A stretch of DNA of 64,000 nt from an uncultured Parabacteroides sp. (GCA_900541965.1 UQLN01000002.1:16547-80546), one strand, 5' to 3'; shown: positions 30,519-40,811, numbered from the stretch's first letter. Program-made: numbers and translations. Notes: a model not told the origin generated them from the sequence alone.

Positions 30519-31937
30519 ATGGTATCTTTATTTCCAACAGATTTGCCATACAAAGTGGCAGATATGAATCTGGTGGATTTCGGTCGCAAAGAGATTGAAA
30601 TCGCCGAACACGAAATGCCGGGTCTTATGGCTCTTCGCCAGAAATATGCAGACCAGAAACCGCTGAAAGGCGCGCGCATCACCGGCTCACTGCACATGAC
30701 TATCCAGACGGCAGTGTTAATCGAAACATTAGTTGCGTTGGGAGCAGATGTCCGTTGGGCAAGCTGCAACATCTTCTCCACACAGGACCATGCTGCGGCA
30801 GCTATTGCAGCAAGTGGAGTTCCTGTTTTTGCCTGGAAAGGTGAAACACTGGAAGAATACTGGTGGTGTACTGAAATGGCACTCCGTTTCCCCGGTGGCA
30901 AAGGACCGCATATGATTGTAGACGATGGTGGCGATGCCTCCCTGCTGATACATATGGGATACCGCGCAGAGAATGATGCAGAAACCATTAACCGTAAAGG
31001 CAGCAATCATGAAGAGCAAGTAATTCTGGATACGCTTCACCGCATTCTTGAGGAAGATAATGCACGCTGGCATCGTACGGTTGCTGAAATGAAAGGTGTT
31101 TCCGAAGAAACAACAACAGGCGTACACCGTTTGTACCAGATGATGGAAAGAGGCGAACTGCTGGTTCCCGCCATCAATGTAAACGACTCTGTTACAAAAT
31201 CCAAGTTTGACAACCTGTACGGTTGCCGCGAATCGTTGGCAGACGGTATCAAACGTGCTACAGATGTTATGATTGCAGGAAAAGTTGTTGTCGTTGCAGG
31301 ATACGGCGATGTAGGAAAAGGATGTTCACATTCCATGCGTTCATACGGAGCCCGTGTGTTGGTAACTGAAATTGACCCGATTTGTGCTTTACAGGCAGCC
31401 ATGGAAGGTTTTGAAGTTACAACGATGGAAGAAGCTGTGAAAGAAGGTAACATCTTCGTCACGACAACCGGAAACTGCGACATTATCACAATCGAGCATA
31501 TGTCACAGATGAAAGACCAGGCGATTGTTTGCAACATCGGTCACTTCGATAACGAAATACAGGTAGAAAAGTTGGTTAACTTCCCGAATATCAAACATAC
31601 CAATATCAAACCGCAGGTTGATAAATATACATTCCCGACAGGGAACTCTATCTTCTTGCTGGCAGAAGGTCGTTTGGTTAACCTGGGTTGTGCAACCGGC
31701 CACCCTTCTTTCGTAATGAGTAATTCTTTCACGAACCAAGTATTGGCACAGATGGATTTATGGACAATGCCTTATGAAATAGGTGTATATCGTCTGCCTA
31801 AACGTCTGGACGAAGAAGTTGCACGTCTCCACCTTGAACGTATCGGCGTAAAACTGAGCAAACTGACACAGAAACAGGCCGATTATATAGGTGTTCCTGT
31901 AGAAGGGCCCTATAAAGCGGACCACTACAGATACTAA
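30519..31937 (+). CDS. ahcY: Adenosylhomocysteinase (S-adenosyl-L-homocysteine hydrolase).
   Basis: 472 aa with a strong AhcY signature throughout: [10 protein letters not shown]..., the NAD-binding GYGDVGKGC, and the end ...HYRY. Confidence 0.95.
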   Translation: MVSLFPTDLPYKVADMNLVDFGRKEIEIAEHEMPGLMALRQKYADQKPLKGARITGSLHMTIQTAVLIETLVALGADVRWASCNIFSTQDHAAAAIAASGVPVFAWKGETLEEYWWCTEMALRFPGGKGPHMIVDDGGDASLLIHMGYRAENDAETINRKGSNHEEQVILDTLHRILEEDNARWHRTVAEMKGVSEETTTGVHRLYQMMERGELLVPAINVNDSVTKSKFDNLYGCRESLADGIKRATDVMIAGKVVVVAGYGDVGKGCSHSMRSYGARVLVTEIDPICALQAAMEGFEVTTMEEAVKEGNIFVTTTGNCDIITIEHMSQMKDQAIVCNIGHFDNEIQVEKLVNFPNIKHTNIKPQVDKYTFPTGNSIFLLAEGRLVNLGCATGHPSFVMSNSFTNQVLAQMDLWTMPYEIGVYRLPKRLDEEVARLHLERIGVKLSKLTQKQADYIGVPVEGPYKADHYRY

Positions 31938-31940
31938 TTC

Positions 31941-32046
31941 AGGTGACAGGTGACAATTGACAGGTGACAGTCAGGCTTCGCGTCCGATATACAAAATCGG
32001 TTGAAAGCTGAAGAATTGTCAACTGTCATTTGCTACTTGTCAACTG
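31941..32046. repeat. Second, more degenerate copy of the heptamer inverted-repeat element.
   Basis: Left arm GGTGACAGGTGACAATTGACAGGTGACAGT. Core CTTCGCGTCCGATATACAAAATCGGTTGAAAGC. Right arm TTGTCAACTGTCAtttgctaCTTGTCAACTG. Same orientation and the same 7-bp periodicity as the 30314 element. Confidence 0.8.
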
Positions 32047-32061
32047 CTAACCGATTTCGCG

Positions 32062-32853
32062 ATGCAGAAAAGACATTCCGACAGGGTTTTATACTTTAGG
32101 GAGCAAGCCTATACCACTCAAAAATACGTTATCCCTTTTATAGAAAAGCATCATCCAATAACAGCCGAAACCACAGTGCTTGAGATTGGGTGTGGCGAAG
32201 GGGGTAATATTCAACCATTTCTGGATTTAGGTTGCAAGGTAACCGGTATCGACCTCAATGGTGTACAAATAGAGAAAGCCAAAGATTTTTATGCCAACCA
32301 CCCTAATTACTTGAACCTTTCACTGATTTGCCGGGATATTTACCAGGTAACCGACCTGGATGAAACTTTCGATATTATCATTATTCGCGATGTCATCGAA
32401 CATATCCCCAACCAGGAAAGATTTCTTCCTTTTATTAAACGTTTTCTAAATCCCCGGGGTGTTATTTTTGTAGCATTTCCTCCCTGGCAAAACCCATTCG
32501 GAGGACATCAACAAATTTGCAGTAATAAGTATTTATCCCATCTCCCGTGGATACATTTGCTTCCTCGCAGTTTATATAAAAAATTGCTGGAATGGGGAGG
32601 TATAAATCCGAATGAACTATTGGAAATTAAGGATACCGGGATTTCCCTCGAACGCTATTTATCCATTGTAAACAAAGAACAATACAATATAAAAGAAGAG
32701 GTACTCTATTTCATCAATCCTAATTATGAAATAAAGTTCGGGCTCCGTCCCCGCGAATTATGGAAACTATTAAATATTCCCTATATTCGTAATTTCTATA
32801 CGACATGCGGATATTATTTATTAGACCTGAAAACAGAACAAAATGATTTATAG
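32062..32853 (+). CDS. Class I SAM-dependent methyltransferase.
   Basis: 263 aa with the SAM-binding motif VLEIGCGEGGNIQPFLDLGCKVTGIDL. Its 3' end overlaps the next gene by 11 nt. Confidence 0.7.
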   Translation: MQKRHSDRVLYFREQAYTTQKYVIPFIEKHHPITAETTVLEIGCGEGGNIQPFLDLGCKVTGIDLNGVQIEKAKDFYANHPNYLNLSLICRDIYQVTDLDETFDIIIIRDVIEHIPNQERFLPFIKRFLNPRGVIFVAFPPWQNPFGGHQQICSNKYLSHLPWIHLLPRSLYKKLLEWGGINPNELLEIKDTGISLERYLSIVNKEQYNIKEEVLYFINPNYEIKFGLRPRELWKLLNIPYIRNFYTTCGYYLLDLKTEQNDL

Positions 32854-33880
32854 GAGTAAAGCGCCATTCCGGCTGGGTATTGCAGGAGGAGGAACAGATG
32901 TTTCTCCTTATTCCGACATCTATGGAGGAGCCATACTGAATGTCACTATTAATTTATATGCCCATGCGACTATCCGCCCTTTGGACAACGGCAAAATCAG
33001 ATTTGTACATATAAACGATAATATAGTAGAAGAATTTGATGCAATAAGCCAGCTTCCCCTCGAAGGGCCTTTGGTATTGCAACATGGTATTTATAATTCC
33101 ATCGTTGCCCGGCACAATAACGGTAAACCACTCTCTTTTGAACTGATTACCAGTATGGACGTTCCTTCCGGTTCCGGGCTGGGAACTTCATCCACATTAG
33201 TCGTTTCCATCCTCGGTGCATTTACCGAATGGCTTAAACTGCCTCTCGGACGCTATGATATAGCTCATTATGCCTATGAAATAGAACGTATAGACCTGCA
33301 AATGGCTGGAGGGAAACAAGACCAGTATGCAGCCACTTTCGGAGGTGTCAATTTTATGGAGTTTCTGGAAAACGACCGCGTAATTGTAAATCCCCTGCGA
33401 ATTAATGATGATATTTTACAGGAATGGGCGATGAATACCGTCCTGTTTTATACAAACAAACAACGCTGTTCCTCTAAAATCATTGAAGAACAGGCAGAGA
33501 ATGTAAAGAGACAAAACCTGGACTCGCTGGAAGCCATGCACAATGTTAAGAAAGAGGCATTCCGTATGAAAAACTGCTTATTGCGTGACGAGTTATGGGA
33601 ATTAGGAAAAGCCCTGAACTCGAGCTGGAACAACAAAAAGAAAATGGCCCGTCATATCTCCAACGAGTTTATCGACCATATTTATGAAACGGCTATAGCC
33701 AATGGTGCTTTAGGCGGTAAAATCTCCGGAGCGGGAGGAGGAGGTTTTATGTTCTTCTATTGTCCCGGTAATACCTGTTACAAGGTTTCCGAGGCGTTGA
33801 CAAACCTCAATATCGGTAATGTAAAGTATTTCGAATTTTGCAAAAGAGGACTTATAACATGGACTATAAAGGAATCATAA
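32843..33880 (+). CDS. hddA: GHMP-family sugar kinase, probably D-glycero-alpha-D-manno-heptose 7-phosphate kinase.
   Basis: 345 aa with GHMP motifs (PSGSGLGTSSTLVVSILGA; GGKISGAGGGGFMFFY). The gene context holds gmhA, a nucleotidyltransferase and gmhB. Confidence 0.65.
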   Translation: MIYRSKAPFRLGIAGGGTDVSPYSDIYGGAILNVTINLYAHATIRPLDNGKIRFVHINDNIVEEFDAISQLPLEGPLVLQHGIYNSIVARHNNGKPLSFELITSMDVPSGSGLGTSSTLVVSILGAFTEWLKLPLGRYDIAHYAYEIERIDLQMAGGKQDQYAATFGGVNFMEFLENDRVIVNPLRINDDILQEWAMNTVLFYTNKQRCSSKIIEEQAENVKRQNLDSLEAMHNVKKEAFRMKNCLLRDELWELGKALNSSWNNKKKMARHISNEFIDHIYETAIANGALGGKISGAGGGGFMFFYCPGNTCYKVSEALTNLNIGNVKYFEFCKRGLITWTIKES

Positions 33881-34443
33881 AAGACAGGCTGTTACAGCAT
33901 CAGGAAATAATCCGGCAAATCATGGCCGATCCGCAGTTGCACACTGCAATTAATGACGCTGTAGAAACGATTATTACCTGTTTCAAATACGGTGGTAAAG
34001 TTTATTTTTGCGGAAACGGAGGCAGTGCCGCCGATGCCCAGCACCTTGCTGCTGAATTTTCCGGTAAATTTTATATCGACCGGAGAGTGCTGCCATCCGA
34101 AGCCTTGCATTGCAACACTTCATATCTGACTGCCGTAGGTAACGACTATTCATTCGATATTATTTATGCCCGCCTGATGTCCGGGCTTGGTAAACCGGGA
34201 GATGTATTAGTAGGTCTTTCTACTTCAGGGAACTCAACCAATATTGTCAAGGCCTTTGAGGTATGTAAAGAAAAAGGAATTACAACGATTGCCTTTACCG
34301 GCAGAAGCGGAGGAGAATTAAAATCCAAAGCAGGTATCCTGATTAATGTTCCTTCAAGCGACACACCACGCATACAAGAAGGGCATATCACTATCGGACA
34401 CATCATTTGTGAACTGGTTGAGGCAGCAATCTTTGATAAATAA
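33859..34443 (+). CDS. gmhA: SIS-domain phosphoheptose isomerase (sedoheptulose-7-phosphate isomerase).
   Basis: GmhA-like FCGNGGSAADAQHLAAEF and GLSTSGNSTNI. I chose the internal ATG (MDYKG) as the start, which leaves a 22-nt overlap with the upstream gene. Confidence 0.75.
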   Translation: MDYKGIIKDRLLQHQEIIRQIMADPQLHTAINDAVETIITCFKYGGKVYFCGNGGSAADAQHLAAEFSGKFYIDRRVLPSEALHCNTSYLTAVGNDYSFDIIYARLMSGLGKPGDVLVGLSTSGNSTNIVKAFEVCKEKGITTIAFTGRSGGELKSKAGILINVPSSDTPRIQEGHITIGHIICELVEAAIFDK

Positions 34444-34447
34444 GAAA

Positions 34448-35152
34448 ATGGAATGTATCATATTGGCAGGAGGAATGGGAACGCGTTTACAAAGCGTCGT
34501 CTCGGATGTTCCTAAATGTATGGCCCCGGTAGCCGGCAGACCATTCCTCCATTATTTATTGGAAACATTGGAGCAAAACGGCTTCACCCATGTCATATTA
34601 TCACTCGGATACAAACACGAAGTGATAGGAGAATGGATAAAAGGATTTCAAACGTCCCTGCAAATCAGTTCTGTCATAGAGAAACAGCCTTTAGGAACCG
34701 GCGGAGCTGTAAAGTTCGCTTTATCCCAAGCGAACCAAGAAGAAGTCTTCATTTTAAACGGGGATACATTCCTGGGAATTGATTATCCTGAAATGCTTGC
34801 AATACACCGGGATACACAGGCAAAAGCGACTCTTGCCTTGAAAAAAATGACAAATTTCGACCGCTACGGACTGGTTGAAACAGATTGTCAAACCCATAAA
34901 ATCAATGCTTTTAGAGAGAAGCAATTCTGTGAATCCGGATTAATAAACGGAGGGGTGTACCTGATAAACAGGAAAGAGCTACGGGAATATCCGGAAAAAT
35001 TCTCTTTAGAAAAAGACTTTTTTGAAACAATAGTGCCATCCGGTGGATTATCAGGATACATATCCGATGGGTATTTTATTGATATTGGCATACCTGCTGA
35101 TTATTCACAGGCTCAAATCGATTTCAGGGATGGGAAATATAAAACATTATAA
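34448..35152 (+). CDS. hddC: Sugar-1-phosphate nucleotidyltransferase, probably D-glycero-alpha-D-manno-heptose-1-phosphate guanylyltransferase.
   Basis: Starts MECIILAGGMGTRL (the nucleotidyltransferase G-loop). The start sits 5 nt after the gmhA stop. Confidence 0.7.
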   Translation: MECIILAGGMGTRLQSVVSDVPKCMAPVAGRPFLHYLLETLEQNGFTHVILSLGYKHEVIGEWIKGFQTSLQISSVIEKQPLGTGGAVKFALSQANQEEVFILNGDTFLGIDYPEMLAIHRDTQAKATLALKKMTNFDRYGLVETDCQTHKINAFREKQFCESGLINGGVYLINRKELREYPEKFSLEKDFFETIVPSGGLSGYISDGYFIDIGIPADYSQAQIDFRDGKYKTL

Positions 35153-35687
35153 TACACTGTTTCTGGACCGCGACGGGGTTATCAACCGGCAACGTCCGAA
35201 TGATTATGTGAAATCACCTGAAGAGTTTATCTTTATCGAAGGGGTAACTGAGGCTCTGAAATTGCTTGCACCACTTTTCTCCCATATTCTGATTGTGACT
35301 AATCAACGGGGCGTAGGACGCGGGCTGATGACAGAAGAAAATTTGGGAACTATCCATCGCCAAATGCTTGAAACCATACAAAACAACGGAGGAAGAATAG
35401 ATAAAATATATGTTTGTACAGAAACAGACTCCCATAATCCAAACAGAAAACCGAATCCAGGCATGGCTATGCAGGCACTACAGGATTTCCCCGATATTGA
35501 CTTTTCCCAAAGTTTACTTGCAGGAGACAGCCTGTCCGATATTGAATTTGCCAACAACGCACATATTCCGGCTGTCTTAATTGGCAATAAATATAAGGAA
35601 GAAGAACTTGCCGGGCTAAGAATTTACAGACATTATCCGGATTTGCTTACCTTTGCAACTGAAATTAATAAGGAATTACATTTATGA
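35130..35687 (+). CDS. gmhB: HAD-superfamily D,D-heptose 1,7-bisphosphate phosphatase.
   Basis: Carries LFLDRDGVIN (HAD motif I) and a GmhB-like length. The start is at the internal MGNIKHYN, overlapping hddC. Confidence 0.7.
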   Translation: MGNIKHYNTLFLDRDGVINRQRPNDYVKSPEEFIFIEGVTEALKLLAPLFSHILIVTNQRGVGRGLMTEENLGTIHRQMLETIQNNGGRIDKIYVCTETDSHNPNRKPNPGMAMQALQDFPDIDFSQSLLAGDSLSDIEFANNAHIPAVLIGNKYKEEELAGLRIYRHYPDLLTFATEINKELHL

Positions 35688-36802
35688 AAATTGCATATCT
35701 TTCTACTTTCTATCCTTTTCGCGGAGGAATTGCACAATTCAACGCTAATTTATATGAAGCACTCGGAAAAGAACATGAAGTACTTCCTTTTACCTTCAAA
35801 AGACAATATCCGGATTTCCTCTTCCCGGGAAAGACTCAATATGTAACAGCAGAAGACAATGCGGTTATCATAAACAGCATCCCTGTATTGGACACTGCCA
35901 ACCCTTTGACTTATCTCAGCGCTGCCAACCGCATAGCCAAAGAAAAGCCGGATGTGCTGGTTATGAAATACTGGATGTCTTATTTCGCTCCTTCCTTGGG
36001 TACAGTAGCACACAAGCTTAAAAAACAAGGATGTAAAGTAATTACTGTACTGGATAACGTAATCCCCCACGAACAGAAGTTCTTTGATAAACCGCTGACT
36101 ACATGGTTTCTGAAACAAAATAGCGGTTTTATTGCAATGAGTGAGTCCGTACAAAAGGATTTACTGGCTCTGCGTCCGGATGCACCGCATCTGTTAAAAC
36201 CCCATCCTTTATATAATCACTTCGGTGATAAAGTAGAGGTTACCGAAGCCAGAAAAACATTAGGCATAGATACGGATAAAAAGACCCTTTTGTTCTTCGG
36301 GCTGATACGCGACTATAAAGGTTTGGATTTATTGATCGAAGCAGTAAACCGGTTGGATGACAGTTACCAACTAATCATTGCCGGAGAAAGCTATGGCAGC
36401 TTCGATAAGTATACCGAGCAAATAAAAAATATCCGCAATCCGGAACGTGTCAAAGTATTCAACCGCTATATCAGCGACAATGAAGTTCCTTTATTTTTCT
36501 CTGCGGCAGATGTCTGCGTTTTGCCCTATCGCTCGGCAACCCAAAGCGGCATTACTTCTATTGCTTTCCATTTCGAACTGCCTCTGATTGCAACTAACAC
36601 TGGTGGGCTAAGTGAAAACATTGAAAAACCGGGAGCCGGACTCATGGTACCGGAAATAAATGCAGGTGACATAGCTAAAACTATCCAAGCTTTTTATAAC
36701 AAGAATCGTCAGGTCTTCGTCTCCAATATTCAAAAGGAGAAGGCCCTGTTAACCTGGGAGAATTTTTCAGAAGCGCTTATCTCTTTCTCTAAACAACTCT
36801 AA
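35684..36802 (+). CDS. Family 4 (GT-B) glycosyltransferase.
   Basis: 372 aa. The C-terminal GT1/GT4 domain includes FFGLIRDYKGLDLLIEA and the EX7E-like region SATQSGITSIAFHFELPLIATNTGGLSENIEK. Its start overlaps the gmhB stop (ATGA). Confidence 0.8.
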   Translation: MKIAYLSTFYPFRGGIAQFNANLYEALGKEHEVLPFTFKRQYPDFLFPGKTQYVTAEDNAVIINSIPVLDTANPLTYLSAANRIAKEKPDVLVMKYWMSYFAPSLGTVAHKLKKQGCKVITVLDNVIPHEQKFFDKPLTTWFLKQNSGFIAMSESVQKDLLALRPDAPHLLKPHPLYNHFGDKVEVTEARKTLGIDTDKKTLLFFGLIRDYKGLDLLIEAVNRLDDSYQLIIAGESYGSFDKYTEQIKNIRNPERVKVFNRYISDNEVPLFFSAADVCVLPYRSATQSGITSIAFHFELPLIATNTGGLSENIEKPGAGLMVPEINAGDIAKTIQAFYNKNRQVFVSNIQKEKALLTWENFSEALISFSKQL

Positions 36803-36828
36803 ATATCAGTCACATACGCATATAGCCT

Positions 36829-36898
36829 CACTATCTGCACAAAACGTATTCGTTGCCTGTGTATATAATTCTCATAATACACACAGGCAACGAATACG
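36829..36898. terminator. Long perfect hairpin (~27-bp arms), acting as a terminator for the heptose operon.
   Basis: ACAAAACGTATTCGTTGCCTGTGTAT -11 nt- ATACACACAGGCAACGAATACGTTTTGT. Confidence 0.55.
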
Positions 36899-37569
36899 TT
36901 TTGTACAATAATATTTGATTCTAATCCAGTAGAGTTAATAACTTATCATTTTTGTTTGGTCCATACCTCATTTATTCATAGTTAGCGGGTAGAAAAAAGA
37001 GACTGTAAATACGATAAAATCACCATAGTTTTAGTAGAACTCATTACTATTTTTGTTTTTTCATGCATAAATCGACTATCTAAGACTGCTTATACCTTAC
37101 GAAAACCTAACAGTGTTTATCGATTGTTAAATAATTCATCGCGTAAAATTATATAATTTATCCAAATATAAAAGTTAAAGACGGTATTTTTTTTGCTTTT
37201 TGCTCAAAAATATATTTGAAAAGGATAAAAAAAGCATCTATAAGAGCTAAAGTAATTATTTCATGGGGTTAAGAATAATCATATTGCCACTACCTAAAAA
37301 ATCATTCTGATTCATTTTACAGACTTATCGAGTCATTTATCTACATTAGATTTAGTGTACATGCACTTTTAAGGAAATTACCACCATTCTTATAAATACA
37401 ATATTTTCAAATATTGAGTTAAACACCCAAAATCTATAATTTCTTTTAAGATCTCGACTATGACAATATTTTACAAATATCCCTCTTTTTTTTACTTAGT
37501 TCTACTAAGACTATGGCATATGAGACGTTGCATTATTTCAATTTAGTCGAATCTATAAGAATGTGTATT

Positions 37570-40500
37570 ATGATGAAAAAGTTAACTTTTATCTTGCTTT
37601 TCTTCTTTGTGGGGATTAGTATGATTGTTGCCCAAACTAAGAAAGTAGAGGGTACGGTTACTTCCGCAGACGACGGATTACCAGTTATCGGAGCATCCAT
37701 CGTTGTAAAAGGAACAACGGTCGGAACAGTAACAGATACCGATGGTAGATTTACTCTGGAAGTGCCGGATGGAGCCAAAATTCTCCAGATTTCTTTTGTA
37801 GGTATGAACACACAAGATGTGGCAGTAAAACCTAAAATTAATGTCGTTCTTCAATCCGACACTCAGGATTTGGAAGAAGTTGTAGTTACAGCACAAGGAC
37901 TTACCCGTCAACAGAAATCTTTGGGTTATGCCACCCAACAACTAAAAGCAGACGAACTGGTTCAAACCCGCCAGACTGACTTAAACAATGCATTGGTTGG
38001 TAAAGTTTCCGGTGTACGTTTCTTAGGTGGTTCCGGTGCAAAATTCGATGCCGGTAAAATTGTATTACGTGGTACCAGCGGATTAACAGATGCAGGTGGT
38101 AGCGAACCTATTTATGTAGTAGACGGTGTCATTGCAAATGCCAACTCCATCAATATGGACGACGTTGAATCCGTAAATGTACTGAAAGGCCCGGCCGCAA
38201 CTGCATTGTATGGTGCACGTGGAGGTAACGGTGCAATTATTATCACAACCAAAGGACTTACTGGTGATAAGATGGAATTTAATGTAAGCCACACGCTTTC
38301 ATTTGAAACTCCGTATATCCATGCAAAACTTCAAGACCAATACGGTGGTGGATATTATGGTGCCGATGGAGAATTGGATGTATTCAATTATGACCCGAGC
38401 ATACATCCGGCTTATTTGCAACAAATGAATGGAAAAGCTTACTATGATTTTGGTGATGACGCCAGTTGGGGACCCAAATTTGACGGACGTGAATATGCTC
38501 CCTGGTATTCATGGGATCCTACTCATCCTTTATTCGGTCAGACTGAAAAATGGGAAAACCGTATGAATCTGAAAGATTTGTTCAACACAGGTGTGTCCAA
38601 CACAACAAACCTTTCATTTGCCCGTTCCGGCAAAGATTATATGTCTCGCATTTCTTTTACAAACTCAGCCCGTACAGGTATTACCCCGAACAGTGACGCT
38701 ATCCGTCGTTTCTTATCTGTGAAAACACAGTTCAAACCGGTAGACCGCTTAACTGTCAATTTGGATTATAAATATACCTATCGTAAGAATCATAACGCAG
38801 CACAGGAAGGTTATGGTGGAACCGGTAATGCACTTTATTCATACATCCAATGGGGACATACCAATGTCGATCTAAGCCAGTTAAAAGATTTCCGCCGTCC
38901 TGACGGTACATTCTATACTTGGAATATCAACGGACCGACAAACCTGACTCCGGCATATCATGAAAACCCATATGCTTTGTTTGAAACAATCAACAGAGAT
39001 GAAATATACCAGTGGAATGTTTTCAATGCTGATGCATCTTTAGACATTATCGGAAACTTAAAAGCAGGTATCCGTGTAAACGGAAACATCCGTAATTATT
39101 TCTATGATTTATCTGTACCTTTCAACATCTTGGGTGAAACACCAAGACTGGAAGAAGAACAGAACTCTATCATCGATATCCAGACACAAGGACGTTTGAC
39201 ATGGAATGACCATTTCATCGACAATCGTCTTTCAATCGATGCTGCTTTATTCCTTGAAGCCAGAAATTATTCCTATAAACGTACGTTAGCAAAAACAACA
39301 GACGGTTTGTTCCAGGATGAATTCTTCAGTACAGCAGGTTCAGTTGGTAAACCGGAAGGAACAACTATAAAAACATACCAGAAAGACCGCAGTATTTTCG
39401 GAACAGGAACAATCGGATGGGATAACACCTACTATCTGGATTTCTCATTACGTAATGACTGGACATCTACCTTGCACCCGGACAAAAACAGTTATTTATA
39501 CGGAGGTGTTTCTGTTGCTGCAATCGCAAGTAACTGGATTAAAAACGCTGAATGGCTGGACTTTTGGAAACTGCGTGCATCTATGGCACAAGTTGGTTCT
39601 ACGATGTCTGCTTATAACGTATATCCTACTTATAAAGTAAAAGACGGTAGTGGTAATCTGATAAAATACGGTTCTTTCTCTAATATGTGGTACGATCCGA
39701 ACCTGAAAGATCCTTATATCAAACCGACTATCTCAACGTCCTATGAAGTAGGTACGGAATTCCGTATGTTCAAGAACCGTTTCTGGGGAGACTTCAACTT
39801 CTATAACCGTGATTCCAAAAACCAGATTATTAATGTAAACACGACTCCTGCCAGTGGTTATACTTCCCGCAAATTGAATGCTGGTTTAATCCGCAACCGT
39901 GGTATCGAAATCTCTTTGGGAGGTGCACCTATACAGACAAAAGACTGGACATGGGAAATCAATGCTAATATTTCAAAGAATAGCAATACATTGGAAGAAC
40001 TTGCCGAAGGTGTAGATGAGTATCGTATTACTTACTATGGTTTAGGAGCCTCTTATGTTTATTCTTATGCAGAAGTCGGCGAACCGATCGGTGTAATCCG
40101 TGGTTCTTCCTGGACTAAAGACCCGAACGGAAATATCATTATGAAAAAATCTGGCAATCCGTCAATAGGAGAATATTATCCGGTACCGAAAACAAACTCT
40201 TTGGATGTATTAGGCAATGTACAACCAGACTTCACCGGAGGTTTCTCTACCTCTCTTCGCTTCAAAGATTTCCGCCTGGCAGCTTCATTTGACTTCCAGA
40301 TTGGAGGTAGCCTGGTTTCCTTCACTAACTTAAACGGTAATGGTTCCGGTTTATTAGAAGAGACTGCCGGCCTAAATGATAAAGGCAATCCTATTCGTAA
40401 TTCCGTTGCCGATGGTGGTGGTGTAAGAGTTGATGGTGTTGTAGACAATGGAGACGGAACATATACTCCGGTAAGTTCATATGTAGACGCACAATACTAT

Positions 40501-40791
40501 TACCAATCTCTCCGTTCCACAATTTTGGAAGGATCCGTATATGATGCAAGTTATTTGAAAATGCGTGAGTTGTCTATTACTTATGATGTACCGGCTCCTT
40601 TCTTACAGAGAACACGTACAGGCATCAAGAAAGCAAGCGTTTCATTTGTTGCACAGAACCCCTGGTTGATTTATTCCGGAATTCCTAATGTTGACCCATC
40701 TGAAGCAGGTGCCGCATATTGGAACTATATCGAAACCGGCCAGGCAGCTTCTACCCGCTCATTCGGATGCACAGTAAGTCTTACATTTTAA
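37570..40791 (+). CDS. susC: SusC/RagA-family TonB-linked outer membrane transporter of polysaccharide utilisation locus 2.
   Basis: The start is at MMKKLTFILLFFFVGISMIVAQ. An N-terminal regulatory domain (GTVTSADDGLPVIGASIVVKGTTVGTVTDTDGRFTL) and a plug (VVDGVIANANSINMDDVESVNVLKGPAATALYGARGGNGAIIITTK) follow. The protein ends in an aromatic residue (SLTF). Confidence 0.9.
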   Translation: MMKKLTFILLFFFVGISMIVAQTKKVEGTVTSADDGLPVIGASIVVKGTTVGTVTDTDGRFTLEVPDGAKILQISFVGMNTQDVAVKPKINVVLQSDTQDLEEVVVTAQGLTRQQKSLGYATQQLKADELVQTRQTDLNNALVGKVSGVRFLGGSGAKFDAGKIVLRGTSGLTDAGGSEPIYVVDGVIANANSINMDDVESVNVLKGPAATALYGARGGNGAIIITTKGLTGDKMEFNVSHTLSFETPYIHAKLQDQYGGGYYGADGELDVFNYDPSIHPAYLQQMNGKAYYDFGDDASWGPKFDGREYAPWYSWDPTHPLFGQTEKWENRMNLKDLFNTGVSNTTNLSFARSGKDYMSRISFTNSARTGITPNSDAIRRFLSVKTQFKPVDRLTVNLDYKYTYRKNHNAAQEGYGGTGNALYSYIQWGHTNVDLSQLKDFRRPDGTFYTWNINGPTNLTPAYHENPYALFETINRDEIYQWNVFNADASLDIIGNLKAGIRVNGNIRNYFYDLSVPFNILGETPRLEEEQNSIIDIQTQGRLTWNDHFIDNRLSIDAALFLEARNYSYKRTLAKTTDGLFQDEFFSTAGSVGKPEGTTIKTYQKDRSIFGTGTIGWDNTYYLDFSLRNDWTSTLHPDKNSYLYGGVSVAAIASNWIKNAEWLDFWKLRASMAQVGSTMSAYNVYPTYKVKDGSGNLIKYGSFSNMWYDPNLKDPYIKPTISTSYEVGTEFRMFKNRFWGDFNFYNRDSKNQIINVNTTPASGYTSRKLNAGLIRNRGIEISLGGAPIQTKDWTWEINANISKNSNTLEELAEGVDEYRITYYGLGASYVYSYAEVGEPIGVIRGSSWTKDPNGNIIMKKSGNPSIGEYYPVPKTNSLDVLGNVQPDFTGGFSTSLRFKDFRLAASFDFQIGGSLVSFTNLNGNGSGLLEETAGLNDKGNPIRNSVADGGGVRVDGVVDNGDGTYTPVSSYVDAQYYYQSLRSTILEGSVYDASYLKMRELSITYDVPAPFLQRTRTGIKKASVSFVAQNPWLIYSGIPNVDPSEAGAAYWNYIETGQAASTRSFGCTVSLTF

Positions 40792-40811
40792 AATTAAGGA
40801 GAATTACAGAT

